Origin: a virus
Reading direction: 5' to 3' (one strand)
Virus record (IMG/VR): IMGVR_UViG_3300027811_000003
Coordinates: 32,001-96,000 of that record
Length of the DNA stretch: 64,000 bases
Part shown: in pieces, positions 46,096 to 55,850 of the stretch
Layout of the letters: every line of letters starts with the position of its first letter
Position numbering within the stretch: the first letter of the stretch is position 1
Program-made: the position numbers and the translations under genes
The notes under the pieces: model-generated
What the model saw: the letters and a program-made list of their open reading frames with translations, nothing else
The model's database searches: none
Told to the model about the DNA's origin: nothing

Positions 46096-47922
46096 TCACA
46101 CGTCAGTTATCTTGTCGTAGTCAAGCTGCGAATCATCACCGAAACGTCTAAAGAACCCTTGACCGACTGGGACGACATTTTTACCGGTCATGTTGTCGAT
46201 GATCGTAGACAAATAGTTTCCCGATGCGTCGAAAGTGCCGAGACCGCCAAACTTGCCGTCTTTCCCTCTGCCGACGGGAACGTCGTGCAGCACAGTGAAC
46301 GTCATAGAAACTTCTATGTTTCTTGGAAGCTTGAAGTCTTTCTTGAGTTCCCACAACGCTTCAGAATAATCGAAGTCAAGACTTTTGATGATTCCAGGCA
46401 TGCCCTTGCTTCCTTCTTGCCCGTTCGAATTGAAAACGTCTCCTATATGCAACCTGACTACTGGACCTGACGTCATCACTAGATTGTTGTCGTATTCTGG
46501 ATATACCATGGAAGAGAGCCAGTGAAGCTTCTGCCATATAGTTACCACGTCTTCAGGACCAAACGCGACCAACGCGAAATCTATCGAAATGTTCCTTGCT
46601 GTAGACTGATACGTCGCCACTGCGTCTACTCTTCCCATGTAGTTCGTTTCGTTCCACTGAGGAGACAAGCTCTCCCTCAATCCTCTTATCAACGGTCTGA
46701 AATACACTGTCCTGTACGTGTCGCCGATCGGCCTGAGATCGGTGAAAGACAACGGCAAGTACATGTCGTCGTCGTCTATCTGGTCTCCCCGTCCTTTTCT
46801 AAACGTCGTGAACCCGAGATCGTTCTCGCCCTTCGTTCTCATCGGAATGATCCCGTCAGCGAACGCCGTGGCAGTCAATCTATCGACTGAGCCGACGCTA
46901 GATCCGTTAGCGAGAGAATTTCTGACTCCGTCGAAAGCTTTCACAAGGTCGTCAGACTTCTTCATCCTGGCCAAACGCGGCTGACCGTCCATCTTGTTCT
47001 GACCAGTGTCCATCATGCTGGTCAAAGAACCTGCGCGACCGTTCAGGACCTCGTCTACTAACGAACCGACTTGAATTTGAAACTGTGCTGTTCCTTCGGC
47101 TGGCAAGTCTAAAGCAGGCAACAAGAGATCGCCGTTTCCTGGAACCGGAGCGATCAGCGCCGGGTTCCATATGTTTCCGAAAGTGTTCAAAGCGAACAAC
47201 GACTTCTGCGTCATCGCGTGAACGATCAACTTTTCAGGACCAAGTCGAGCGAGCCTCTCCAAGTGCCTCTCGTACAACACGGGATCACCAGCCAACGAAC
47301 CAGGATCTGAAACTCCTATCATGGGAGAGTAAGTGTCTCCGTCTATGCTGTAGCCAGAAGTCTGTTTGAAGTCTGGAGCGACGTTTTCCTTGGAAGGCTT
47401 TGCCAACGCGACGTCTGCGGGAGGAGCCAAGAAAGACGCTTCGGGTCTGACGAACTTCGGAGGGTTTGGGACGTCGTCGTGCTTCGACAACTCTACGTTG
47501 ACGGGTTTGACGGGATCGCTCGGATGACCCTCGACGAACTTCGGAGGAAACGGAACGCTTGACTCGCTTGTTTTCTCTGGCACGAGCGGAGGAGGCAGCC
47601 TCGATGGATAAATCAGCGTCGGCGATATGACGAGCGTGTTTGTTTGCCCTGTCGCCGGCTCAAATGACAACGGAGGCGAGGAAGGAGACGGAGTGCTCAA
47701 GACGACGTTCTGTGGTGACGACATAAGAGAGTGGATAGGTACAATGAACTCAGGAGGAAGTGGGAGCTGCGCCTTGACGGCGGGCTTCGGTGCGAGGCCT
47801 GGCATGCGTGCTATCAGCTCGATGGGGCTTTCTCTCAACGGATCGTAAGGATCTTCGGGGGTGTCTGGGCTTCGTTCCCTAGAAACCAAAAACTGTCCAA
47901 TCAAGACTTCTATCTCTGACAT
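46096..47922 (-). CDS. baseplate/tube-initiator-like protein with Pro-rich N-terminus
   Basis: C-terminal ESLSPQWN..YMGR...YQSTAR...P.VRL.IGD...LP..IEVSMTF; follows tape measure. Confidence 0.6.
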   Translation of the reverse strand: MSEIEVLIGQFLVSRERSPDTPEDPYDPLRESPIELIARMPGLAPKPAVKAQLPLPPEFIVPIHSLMSSPQNVVLSTPSPSSPPLSFEPATGQTNTLVISPTLIYPSRLPPPLVPEKTSESSVPFPPKFVEGHPSDPVKPVNVELSKHDDVPNPPKFVRPEASFLAPPADVALAKPSKENVAPDFKQTSGYSIDGDTYSPMIGVSDPGSLAGDPVLYERHLERLARLGPEKLIVHAMTQKSLFALNTFGNIWNPALIAPVPGNGDLLLPALDLPAEGTAQFQIQVGSLVDEVLNGRAGSLTSMMDTGQNKMDGQPRLARMKKSDDLVKAFDGVRNSLANGSSVGSVDRLTATAFADGIIPMRTKGENDLGFTTFRKGRGDQIDDDDMYLPLSFTDLRPIGDTYRTVYFRPLIRGLRESLSPQWNETNYMGRVDAVATYQSTARNISIDFALVAFGPEDVVTIWQKLHWLSSMVYPEYDNNLVMTSGPVVRLHIGDVFNSNGQEGSKGMPGIIKSLDFDYSEALWELKKDFKLPRNIEVSMTFTVLHDVPVGRGKDGKFGGLGTFDASGNYLSTIIDNMTGKNVVPVGQGFFRRFGDDSQLDYDKITDV

Positions 47923-47935
47923 GTGAGTCGCCTCG

Positions 47936-50785
47936 TTATTCTGACAAAGCCCGCCTCGATATGTGTCTGGCGACGTGCTGTCCGACCAAGTTTCCGTCCA
48001 AGAACACGTCGCCAGCGACTATCGTCACGTCCTTGCTATGCTTGCCAGCGTCCTTAGTCTTAGCGGCGTAGTTAACGGGACCAGAGTTTCCAGCCGGTTT
48101 TGCTACAGTCGCTGCGGGAGGGTTGACAGTCGTCGCTTGAACGACGGGAGTTTTGTTCGCGCGTTCGCCAGCGAACCTTATCGACTGCTTGTCTACTATG
48201 CTTCTGATCTCTTCTTCGTTCAGGGCGCCCTGCGAGAACTGCGACAGCAACCTCGCGTTCTTGCTAACAAGCTGAGACTGAGCGACGTCGCCTTGACCAA
48301 GTTTAGCTTTCTTCAATTGTTCGACGAGCACTTTGGCCTGCTCTTCGCCCGTGAACCCTGCTTCCTTGAGGTTCGTCGACATGTCCTTCTCGCCGAAGAT
48401 CATCTTGCCGAACGTGCTGTACCTGATCGCGTCCCAGAGCTTGTCGAACAAGCTGCTCATCTTCTCGTATCCGACGACTACCCAATCGTTTATGCTCTTG
48501 CCGCCGACTTCGAGAGTTCCGACGAACTTGCCCAACTCCCATCCAGCCAAGCCAGCAGCTGCGACTAGACCCGCCTGCATCGCTCTTCCAGACATCCCTG
48601 CGGCGTTCGACAAGTTGTTCAACGAACCGAACAGCGCTCCACCCGCTGCTTGAACGCTCGCTCTCAGAGCTTGAAAAGTTCCGCCGACCCCCGGCAGTTC
48701 TTTCTTTACGTTCATGAAAGCTGTCACGCTCGCTTCGCCAGCGGTCGCGAACTTGCTAGCAGTAGACCACAGCAGCTTGCCTGAAGATTGTATCAGACCG
48801 ATGAGACCTTTTTCTCCGCCTAGAAGCTTTATTGTGCTGTTGAGCCCGCCGACGACAGTCGAAACGCCCATGACGCCCTTCAGCACGCCGAAACCAACGA
48901 CGATCTTGTCTATGTTGTTCGCGATGAATCCGAAGATGTCGTGCGCCATCTTGATGTGCTCGTCAGTGAAGACTTTCTTGTCGAGAGTTTCGACGAGACT
49001 CTTCAAGCCGCCGTATATCTTGCCGACGCCCGTGATCGCGTCGTCGACCCACTTCTTGAGCTCTCCGCTGTCGACGAACGTCTTCACTCTCAAGGCGAAG
49101 TCCTTGAAGTCTGTCGCCCATCCAGAGATCATCTTCATCGTCTTCGGGTCGCTGGCCATCTTGTCTATGAAGTCAGTCAACGTCTTGAACGACGCTTTCA
49201 TGACTTGACCGAACGTCATCTTCTTCCCCTTGTCGTCGACGTCGTTCATCAGACCGAACACCTTCAAGAACGGCTTGATCAAATTAGCCAAAGACACAGT
49301 CACAGTGTCCCAAGCTTGTCCGAAGTTGAACAGAGTCTCTGCGGTCTTAGACAGAGCGTCCCTGATCTTCTTTTCGTCGTTGACCTGAGCTGCACGAGCT
49401 TCCACTTGCTTCTTCTGGAATTCTTCTAGAGTCAGATTACTGTTTAGGACACCCGCAGCTTCCTCTTCTGTCAAATTCATCGTCTGCGAGAAGAACTTTC
49501 TCTCTTGACGATTCATTCCTTCCCAAGTCTTTCCCTGTTCTTTGAAAGCTTTTCTGACAGTTTCTAGACGTTTGCTGGGGTCCTGCTCGAGCATGAGCTC
49601 CATCGCGTTTATGCTAGAGCCGAAGACGGTGTTCATCTTCGCAGCAGCTTCTGCAGTAGACTGGAACGTGTCTGTCATCTCAGTGAAACGTTGCAACGAC
49701 TGTAGCGACACGCCCAACTTTTCAGCGAAGGCAGCTGAGTCGAGGAACGTCTTCTTGCCGACCTTGCCGAACGTGACCATGAAGTTCTTTGCGGCGACGA
49801 TGCTCTTGCTGAACTTTGACGTTTGAACTCCAGCGTCGTTCGCGGCGTCAGAGATCATCGCCATGTTCTTGTCGACGTCAGCTGCGCCTTCGCCCAACAT
49901 GTAGAACGTCCTGGAGAGCTCACCTGCGGCAGCGCTGCCTATTCCTATCGCTCTGCCCGCTAAAGTAGCCTTGGTCGCGATGTCGTCGAACCCCTTTCCG
50001 ACGAACCCCAACGCGAGCGACGTATCCTGCCACATCTGCAATCCGACGCCCAAAGCTCCGCCAGTCAACGACCTCAACGTGCCTTCAACCTTCCACGCTT
50101 CCTTGCGAGTTTCAGACAGACCCTTCGTAGACGCGCCCATCGCCAAATTGAACTGTCCGACTGCTTTTGTTGTTCGTTCAAACAGATCGTAGACTTTCAA
50201 GAACGCGTCCTTGATCTTCTCAAAAGTGAACAGCAAAGAGTCAAAAGCTAGAACAGTCATCGACTTTCCAAGCTTGTCTACTGCAGCTAGAGCTTGGTTC
50301 GCGACGACCTTGGCGAACATTCCTGTCGCGCTGCTCAACCCTTTCACTTGGGTTTGCTGGATATCAAGATCCTTATTCAGATCTTTTATCACTTTCCCGA
50401 AATCTACGTTGTCTTTGGTGAGACGCCTCCACTCCTTGTGCTCGTCTTTAGTCAGCTTCTTGTTCTTCAGCTGGTTGTAGCGCTTCTGCGCGGCGCTGAC
50501 TTCGTTTATCTTGTCTCTGGTGTCCTTTATGGCCTTGCTCAACTGTATTTCGGCCTTGGCGCGTTCACCCAAGCTTTTCGCCAACTGAGAGTTCACGCGA
50601 GCAGCGCTTTTGATATTCTTTTCGAGTTGTTCTATCTTGTTGAGTCCAGACACTCTGACGTCGATTGGAATCACGTCGAGCTTCTGAATCGCGACTAGCT
50701 TGGCAGACATGTCAGTTAGGAGGCTGTTGATGGCCTCCAATTCTGGTTTTACGTTCCTGGGTATCTTCGGGATGTCATTTGCCAC
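47936..50785 (-). CDS. tape measure protein
   Basis: 949 aa, Ala/Gly/Lys-rich helical, downstream of tail chaperone. Confidence 0.8.
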   Translation of the reverse strand: MANDIPKIPRNVKPELEAINSLLTDMSAKLVAIQKLDVIPIDVRVSGLNKIEQLEKNIKSAARVNSQLAKSLGERAKAEIQLSKAIKDTRDKINEVSAAQKRYNQLKNKKLTKDEHKEWRRLTKDNVDFGKVIKDLNKDLDIQQTQVKGLSSATGMFAKVVANQALAAVDKLGKSMTVLAFDSLLFTFEKIKDAFLKVYDLFERTTKAVGQFNLAMGASTKGLSETRKEAWKVEGTLRSLTGGALGVGLQMWQDTSLALGFVGKGFDDIATKATLAGRAIGIGSAAAGELSRTFYMLGEGAADVDKNMAMISDAANDAGVQTSKFSKSIVAAKNFMVTFGKVGKKTFLDSAAFAEKLGVSLQSLQRFTEMTDTFQSTAEAAAKMNTVFGSSINAMELMLEQDPSKRLETVRKAFKEQGKTWEGMNRQERKFFSQTMNLTEEEAAGVLNSNLTLEEFQKKQVEARAAQVNDEKKIRDALSKTAETLFNFGQAWDTVTVSLANLIKPFLKVFGLMNDVDDKGKKMTFGQVMKASFKTLTDFIDKMASDPKTMKMISGWATDFKDFALRVKTFVDSGELKKWVDDAITGVGKIYGGLKSLVETLDKKVFTDEHIKMAHDIFGFIANNIDKIVVGFGVLKGVMGVSTVVGGLNSTIKLLGGEKGLIGLIQSSGKLLWSTASKFATAGEASVTAFMNVKKELPGVGGTFQALRASVQAAGGALFGSLNNLSNAAGMSGRAMQAGLVAAAGLAGWELGKFVGTLEVGGKSINDWVVVGYEKMSSLFDKLWDAIRYSTFGKMIFGEKDMSTNLKEAGFTGEEQAKVLVEQLKKAKLGQGDVAQSQLVSKNARLLSQFSQGALNEEEIRSIVDKQSIRFAGERANKTPVVQATTVNPPAATVAKPAGNSGPVNYAAKTKDAGKHSKDVTIVAGDVFLDGNLVGQHVARHISRRALSE

Positions 50786-50957
50786 GCTTTTCGTCTCTCT
50801 GCTTCTTCTCTTCTAACTCTCTGCTCTTTCTCTTGATCCACCACTTCCTTACGACAATCGGCATAGATTTCGCTTCGTTGAATCCTATGTCGCAGTACTC
50901 CTTGAGTTGAAAAAGCTCTTCAAGAACATTCTCAGCGTCCTCAGGCCGAAGGCCAAA
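50775..50957 (-). CDS. frameshift extension of tail assembly chaperone (GT-like)
   Basis: Open +1 frame FGLRPEDAENVLEELFQL...MPIVVRKWWIKR without its own start; entered at GAA TTC TTT TGG. Confidence 0.65.
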   Translation of the reverse strand, partial: FGLRPEDAENVLEELFQLKEYCDIGFNEAKSMPIVVRKWWIKRKSRELEEKKQRDEKRGK

Positions 50958-51762
50958 AGAATTCAGTCGTCATCGGGACGTCCACCTCCGACTCCTCAGT
51001 ACAGAAAGGACACTTGAACAGTTGTTTCATGTCGACACCGGGAGAAATCTTCTCGATGTGCTTCCTGAGTTCCTTCGAATCGCGTGCCGGGATCGACCTG
51101 ACAAGCTGAGAAATCTTGCTCCTGTCTGTTTCTCCGTTTATCGACAGCAACTGATACGTCAATCTCGCTGTCACAAGACCTTCGTTTCCAAGCTTCTTGA
51201 GCTTCGACAACATCGCAGACAAGTCCTTTTCGTCTGCGCCAGTTAGAAGCTTGAAAGTGATCTGTGCTTTGCTAACTGGCAGCTGAAAATAGAATTCGTT
51301 AGTGTTTGGGATCTTCGGCAAAACGCCGAGTCGCTTAACTGGAATCTGTGCTAGGTCGAACTCATAGTTGCTCTTCTTCCCGCAACACGGGCACTCCACT
51401 TCGATGACGTATTCTTGACCGTAGCCAGTGATGCGAATAGCAGTCAAGATCGCGTTCTTGTCTCCTGCGATCATAGTAGAAACGTCTATGGAGCGGTCTA
51501 TCAGACACGCTTTCATCAGAACGTCAAGCACTGTGCCGTTCTTCAAAAGACCCTGAGAAGTCAAGATGTCTTCCTCAAGAGCAGTCATCGCCTTGATTTC
51601 GACGAATTCTTTCCCAGCGAGCGGAGAATCTGACGGATAAATCAAACCCATGCTAGGAAGCGGAACTGACGCAGCTGGAACAACAAAACCTTTGTCGCCT
51701 GGAGCTGGCTGGTTCTTAGAAAGCGAAACTTTTTCTTCTGACATTGATAGTCCTTTCGACAA
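50941..51762 (-). CDS. tail assembly chaperone / T4 gp26-like baseplate hub assembly protein
   Basis: VPLPS.G..Y, MTALEEDIL, RITGYG, CPCC, CPFC, ends FFWP. Confidence 0.8.
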   Translation of the reverse strand: MSKGLSMSEEKVSLSKNQPAPGDKGFVVPAASVPLPSMGLIYPSDSPLAGKEFVEIKAMTALEEDILTSQGLLKNGTVLDVLMKACLIDRSIDVSTMIAGDKNAILTAIRITGYGQEYVIEVECPCCGKKSNYEFDLAQIPVKRLGVLPKIPNTNEFYFQLPVSKAQITFKLLTGADEKDLSAMLSKLKKLGNEGLVTARLTYQLLSINGETDRSKISQLVRSIPARDSKELRKHIEKISPGVDMKQLFKCPFCTEESEVDVPMTTEFFWPSA

Positions 51763-51815
51763 CGAAATTCTTCAATGATAAGTAGGACATCAAATCGCTT
51801 TATTTCTGTTACACG

Positions 51816-52136
51816 TCACTCGCCTACGGCTGCGAACGTCGTTCCGAAGATGGCTCCCAACGTCGCCGTTATTGTCGCCCCAGGGTTAGAACTCGGCGAA
51901 TGAACTAAACCACCGTGTTCAGTCACAGTCCACCTCTCAGGTACAGAGCTCGTCCAAGTGCACGATGTAGTTATGTTCTGAGTCGGTCCGATGTCGTACG
52001 TCCCTGTGGCAGTACACTGTCTGCTGCTGTTTGATCCCATGTGGCAAGGGCTGGGAGTGACTGCGATGGACAAAAGAACTGGAACGGGAGCGCTTGAAGC
52101 ATGTTTTGGTTTGATGAGCATCAAAGAAGCGAACAT
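51816..52136 (-). CDS. Ig-like (Big_2) small protein with MFASLMLIKPK leader
   Basis: LLSIAVTP...QCTATGTY...ITTSCTWTSS...ATITATLG. Confidence 0.7.
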   Translation of the reverse strand: MFASLMLIKPKHASSAPVPVLLSIAVTPSPCHMGSNSSRQCTATGTYDIGPTQNITTSCTWTSSVPERWTVTEHGGLVHSPSSNPGATITATLGAIFGTTFAAVGE

Positions 52137-52150
52137 GGTTTGTTATTTCT

Positions 52151-52852
52151 CTAGAAAGGATATTGTTTGCCGGCGCCTGCGTTGTATAACTGCGTTATCT
52201 CAGTAAACGTCAGAACTCTGTTCCACAAAGCGATTTCGTCTATACAACCAGTGAATTTGTCCATCATTATGATGCTTTTTCCAATAACGATTGGGCCGCT
52301 CGCAGTGTCAGGCGAAGCAGCTGCCGGTGTCCAAGAAACACCGTCTAGAAAACACGTTGTGTTTACACCGTCGTACGTCCAGACTACATGATGCCACAAG
52401 CCCATGACAACTATCACTGGTCCCGTCATTATCTGGCCGCCTAAGTCTAGCACGAATGTCTCTACGACCGGTCCACCCATTTCCATGTGGTGTATGGTTG
52501 GAACCCACATTTGGCCTGGCATCGCGCCGCCGTAACCGAATATCGGCATTGCCGTGAACACACCACCAGACTTCGTGCTTTTTATCCACACGCTTGAAGT
52601 TCTAGGCGTTGCACCGAGAACGTTTGGAGAAACTGAAGTGACGATTTGGCTAGTCGAACCATCAAACAAGCCGCCCTGATTGATTTTGCCATACGACACG
52701 TCATATACGACATTCGTGTCAGTTCCAAAAGCGCTGCTAATCTCTTCGTATGAATTATCATCCATCTTGAAGTAAGATACCAGCCCATCGCATAAAGGAT
52801 TTAATTGCGCAGCAGCTGGCTTTGGTTTCAGTAGCATCAGAGACGCGAACAT
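52151..52852 (-). CDS. LamG/concanavalin-A-like lectin protein with MFASLMLLKPK leader
   Basis: GLVSYFKMD, FDG, WHHVVWTYDG, FTGCIDEIALWNRVLT..EI..LY. Confidence 0.8.
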   Translation of the reverse strand: MFASLMLLKPKPAAAQLNPLCDGLVSYFKMDDNSYEEISSAFGTDTNVVYDVSYGKINQGGLFDGSTSQIVTSVSPNVLGATPRTSSVWIKSTKSGGVFTAMPIFGYGGAMPGQMWVPTIHHMEMGGPVVETFVLDLGGQIMTGPVIVVMGLWHHVVWTYDGVNTTCFLDGVSWTPAAASPDTASGPIVIGKSIIMMDKFTGCIDEIALWNRVLTFTEITQLYNAGAGKQYPF

Positions 52853-52856
52853 GGTT

Positions 52857-53174
52857 TTACTCTCCTGGAGCGAATACTCTAGTGTTAGACACTGCTCCTA
52901 GAGAAGCAGTAGCCGTTGCGCTCAAAAAACTAAGCATGTGAGCGTTTCCTACAGTAGAGTCAAAAGCCAAGCGTGCTATGTTAGAACTCGTGAACGTGCA
53001 CTGAGTCGTTATGTCAGCAGTCGAGCTGTCGTTGTACGTTCCTATGACTGTCAGCTGCTGATAATCCGGAGGTGCTTGTATGACGAGCAACGGATAGATT
53101 GTCAACGACAGAAGAGTTGGAGCAGGAGCGCTTGAAACAGGCTTTGGCTTGATGAGCATCAATGACGCGAACAA
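52857..53174 (-). CDS. Ig-like (Big_2) small protein with MFASLMLIKPK leader
   Basis: TTG start 1 nt after fibre stop; QLTVIGTYND..ADIT..TFTSSN. Confidence 0.7.
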   Translation of the reverse strand: MFASLMLIKPKPVSSAPAPTLLSLTIYPLLVIQAPPDYQQLTVIGTYNDSSTADITTQCTFTSSNIARLAFDSTVGNAHMLSFLSATATASLGAVSNTRVFAPGE

Positions 53175-53175
53175 G

Positions 53176-55191
53176 TTATCCGCCGATGTTTTTGAGCAAG
53201 TTGCAAATCGCAGAAGTTCCATTAGACCTGACGTTGTACACGAGAGTATCAAGCGCTCCCGAAGTCGTGGTAAAAGTAACGTCAGAACCGCTAGGCACTT
53301 TCCAGAACGAATCGAGAATCAGAGTCCCAGCGTCTATGCTTATCTCGAAGATGCCAGACTGTCCAGCGACTGCGTTAGTCGGGGCCGCGAGAGTTCCAGT
53401 AGCAGCTATAGTGTACACGAAGTTGTTGTTGAGCGACAAGTCGACTGCTATCGTGCCCGCGACGTTTGTTAAAGTCGTGTAAGCCGCTCGCTGACCTCCG
53501 ACGAACGTCTGAGAGCCAGAGAGATTCGCTTTGTTCGACAAATCCTGGTCGCCCGTGTTTACTCCGCTGACGTTAGACGCGCTTAAGTTTCCTGTCGCGT
53601 CGATGTAGGCCAACGTCGCGCCACCGTATGTCTTTACAGTGAGAGGGTCACCGACGACTGCAGTGTGAACTGCTTTCCCAGCAGAATCTATGGAAAACAA
53701 CGTGTAAGTTCCGCTTGAGTCTTTCACAGTCAAGTGATTTCCAGTTATCGCCTTGATCAAAAGTTCGCCTGCGCTTCCGACAGCCAAAGGCGTATACGTT
53801 TCAGTAGAATCCTTGATCGTCAAGTGATTGCCGACAAGCGCCTTGATAGTAACTCCACCAGTAGAACCAATCTTGAAGTATTGAGTCCCTCCTGGAGCTG
53901 AAAGCACTTGAATGGCGGGGTCTACGGCGTCACTCACAGTTATGTTGCTTCCCGTCGTTATCTTGCTGGCGAGAGACGAACTGATGTCTGTCTGGTCGTA
54001 CAGAGAACCAGAGATAAAGCCCCAAGTCGTGCTACCTGAAATTGTGATGTTTGCAGTGCCGTCGAAAGGAACGCCGTTTATCGTTCTCGCAGTCGAAAGC
54101 TTCTCAGCTTCGCTCGAAGGAAAAACGAAGACGGTGCCTCCGCCAGTGTTAGTCACAGTCATGAGTGAACGAGTGTCAGAATCGACATCTACCCAGTTGG
54201 AAGAATCGAGCAACACGACGTTGAAGTTCGTTCCACCGACCTTTTCTCCGACGTATTCAAGCATCAAGTACGCGTCGGTTCCTTGCAACGTGATCGTCGC
54301 TTGAGTCGAACCTCCGTACATCTGAACTGGAGAAGCGTCAATTGTCATTGCTGCAGAAGTGCCGTGGCACCCGTATAACCAAGCGCTTGAACCCTTTTCG
54401 AACAACATCGTGCTAGTGAACATGCTGTCATAAGCATAAGTTATGATAGAACCCGCTGTAGAGTCTTCTGATTCTACGAAAGGAACGGCTATCCTCAAGT
54501 CGTGTAAGTAAACTCTAGGAACGTTTGCACCAGACACGTTGCTTCCAGTTATAGTGAAAGAACCGACTGGAAAGCCAACGTCTGAGATATTCGTGTTCCA
54601 CGGTGACCCGTCTGGCGTTATCGAAAACACGCCATTAATGAAAGTCGCCCAGCTTCCTTCACCTTCAATCGCGACGTACGGTTTATCGACAGTCACGTCT
54701 TCTGTGTACGAACCCGCAGAGACGTTTATGGTATACGGAGCAGTTGCACTTGGACTCGTGACGCTGTCTATGGCGGCCTGGATTGTCTTGAAAGGCTTGG
54801 CAACAGAACCGTTTTCTACGTACGAGTCGACTCTAAAATTGTCGACGTAGAGAGAATGACCTGCAATTTGCGACAAGTTAGCTGAGGCACTGACGGCAGT
54901 CAACGAAGAGCTGAGATCAGTCTGACCGTACAAGTCTCCTGTTATACCGCCCCAGACGCTCGGACCAGCGGGACCGATCGAACCGCTTGGGCCCGCGGGA
55001 CCCGCTGAACCGCTGGGGCCCGGAGGTCCTATCGAGCCAGTGCCGATTCCAGCACAAAACTCGTCTATGATCGACAGCGAAGACGAAAGCTGCTGATCAA
55101 GACCGACTTCGCTTGCGTAATCATTCTTGGAAACGTCGGCCCAGTCTGGAATCTCCAGATTGAGAAACGTTGTGTTTGGATAGTAGCCCAT
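53176..55191 (-). CDS. fibre protein with collagen-like repeat and beta-helix-like region
   Basis: (Gxy)n, two WGxIxGxLYxQTD repeats, PFKTIQAAID, ARTINGVPFDG, C-terminal IAVDLS..NNF..PTNAVAGQSG domain. Confidence 0.75.
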   Translation of the reverse strand: MGYYPNTTFLNLEIPDWADVSKNDYASEVGLDQQLSSSLSIIDEFCAGIGTGSIGPPGPSGSAGPAGPSGSIGPAGPSVWGGITGDLYGQTDLSSSLTAVSASANLSQIAGHSLYVDNFRVDSYVENGSVAKPFKTIQAAIDSVTSPSATAPYTINVSAGSYTEDVTVDKPYVAIEGEGSWATFINGVFSITPDGSPWNTNISDVGFPVGSFTITGSNVSGANVPRVYLHDLRIAVPFVESEDSTAGSIITYAYDSMFTSTMLFEKGSSAWLYGCHGTSAAMTIDASPVQMYGGSTQATITLQGTDAYLMLEYVGEKVGGTNFNVVLLDSSNWVDVDSDTRSLMTVTNTGGGTVFVFPSSEAEKLSTARTINGVPFDGTANITISGSTTWGFISGSLYDQTDISSSLASKITTGSNITVSDAVDPAIQVLSAPGGTQYFKIGSTGGVTIKALVGNHLTIKDSTETYTPLAVGSAGELLIKAITGNHLTVKDSSGTYTLFSIDSAGKAVHTAVVGDPLTVKTYGGATLAYIDATGNLSASNVSGVNTGDQDLSNKANLSGSQTFVGGQRAAYTTLTNVAGTIAVDLSLNNNFVYTIAATGTLAAPTNAVAGQSGIFEISIDAGTLILDSFWKVPSGSDVTFTTTSGALDTLVYNVRSNGTSAICNLLKNIGG

Positions 55192-55213
55192 TCAAGTCGC
55201 CTCAGTCAGACGT

Positions 55214-55702
55214 TTAAAACGCCAGCACAGCGTTATCGAAGCGCATCTGGAAAGTGATCTCAGTCGCGTCGCTAGAAGCCATGTCAAGATCGCCCCAGTC
55301 GATGTCCTGAGCCCAAGCTCCCTTGACGTCCCAAAGCTCGACGACGGTGCCGTAAGGATCGAGAAGCTTGAGAGAGACGTCCTTCTTGTACATTGTGGCG
55401 TAACCCATTCGTCCAGTAGCAGCTTCGTAGTTCAGTCGCAGCCAGTCCATGATCTTCATGGCAGCAGAAGGAGCGATGGGATCGTACATGACGACCTGCA
55501 TTGGGTTCCAAGACATCTTCCCAGAGAGGTATCTCTTCGTGTTCACGTAATCGATCACTGTCTCTTCGAAAGTCGCCTTGGGACGAGCAGAAGTCTTGAG
55601 CGTGAACGCGTCGATGCCGTCTATCTGAAGCAGCCATCTAAACTTTCTTTTGGGCTCGTAAGCGTTAGCGAGCATCTGATTAACTTCGAGGATCTCGGCC
55701 AT
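55214..55702 (-). CDS. tail tube protein (T4 gp19-like)
   Basis: YEPKRKFRW, GKMSW, YDPIAPS, YKKD, E.W..KGAW; follows sheath. Confidence 0.9.
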   Translation of the reverse strand: MAEILEVNQMLANAYEPKRKFRWLLQIDGIDAFTLKTSARPKATFEETVIDYVNTKRYLSGKMSWNPMQVVMYDPIAPSAAMKIMDWLRLNYEAATGRMGYATMYKKDVSLKLLDPYGTVVELWDVKGAWAQDIDWGDLDMASSDATEITFQMRFDNAVLAF

Positions 55703-55805
55703 GTTAAATCTCCTGAATGACGTCCGCTGGACGTTCTCTCAATAAAATTAGCTACGAAATTAGTTTTATGTCAATCGCGAAGTTTTCTTTGCGGCAGACA
55801 AAGCT

Positions 55806-55837
55806 ACGGCGGGAAACTCGTTGGAGTCGCCCGCCGT
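55806..55837 (-). terminator. GC-rich hairpin after sheath gene
   Basis: ACGGCGGG...CCCGCCGT stem; short T-tract. Confidence 0.4.
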
Positions 55838-55850
55838 GCGAAACATTCAG

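Noticed and set aside
51816-55191. DGR or invertase-driven tip switching
   Set aside because: No reverse transcriptase, recombinase, TR/VR pair or inverted cassette in the window; shared leaders differ at synonymous positions
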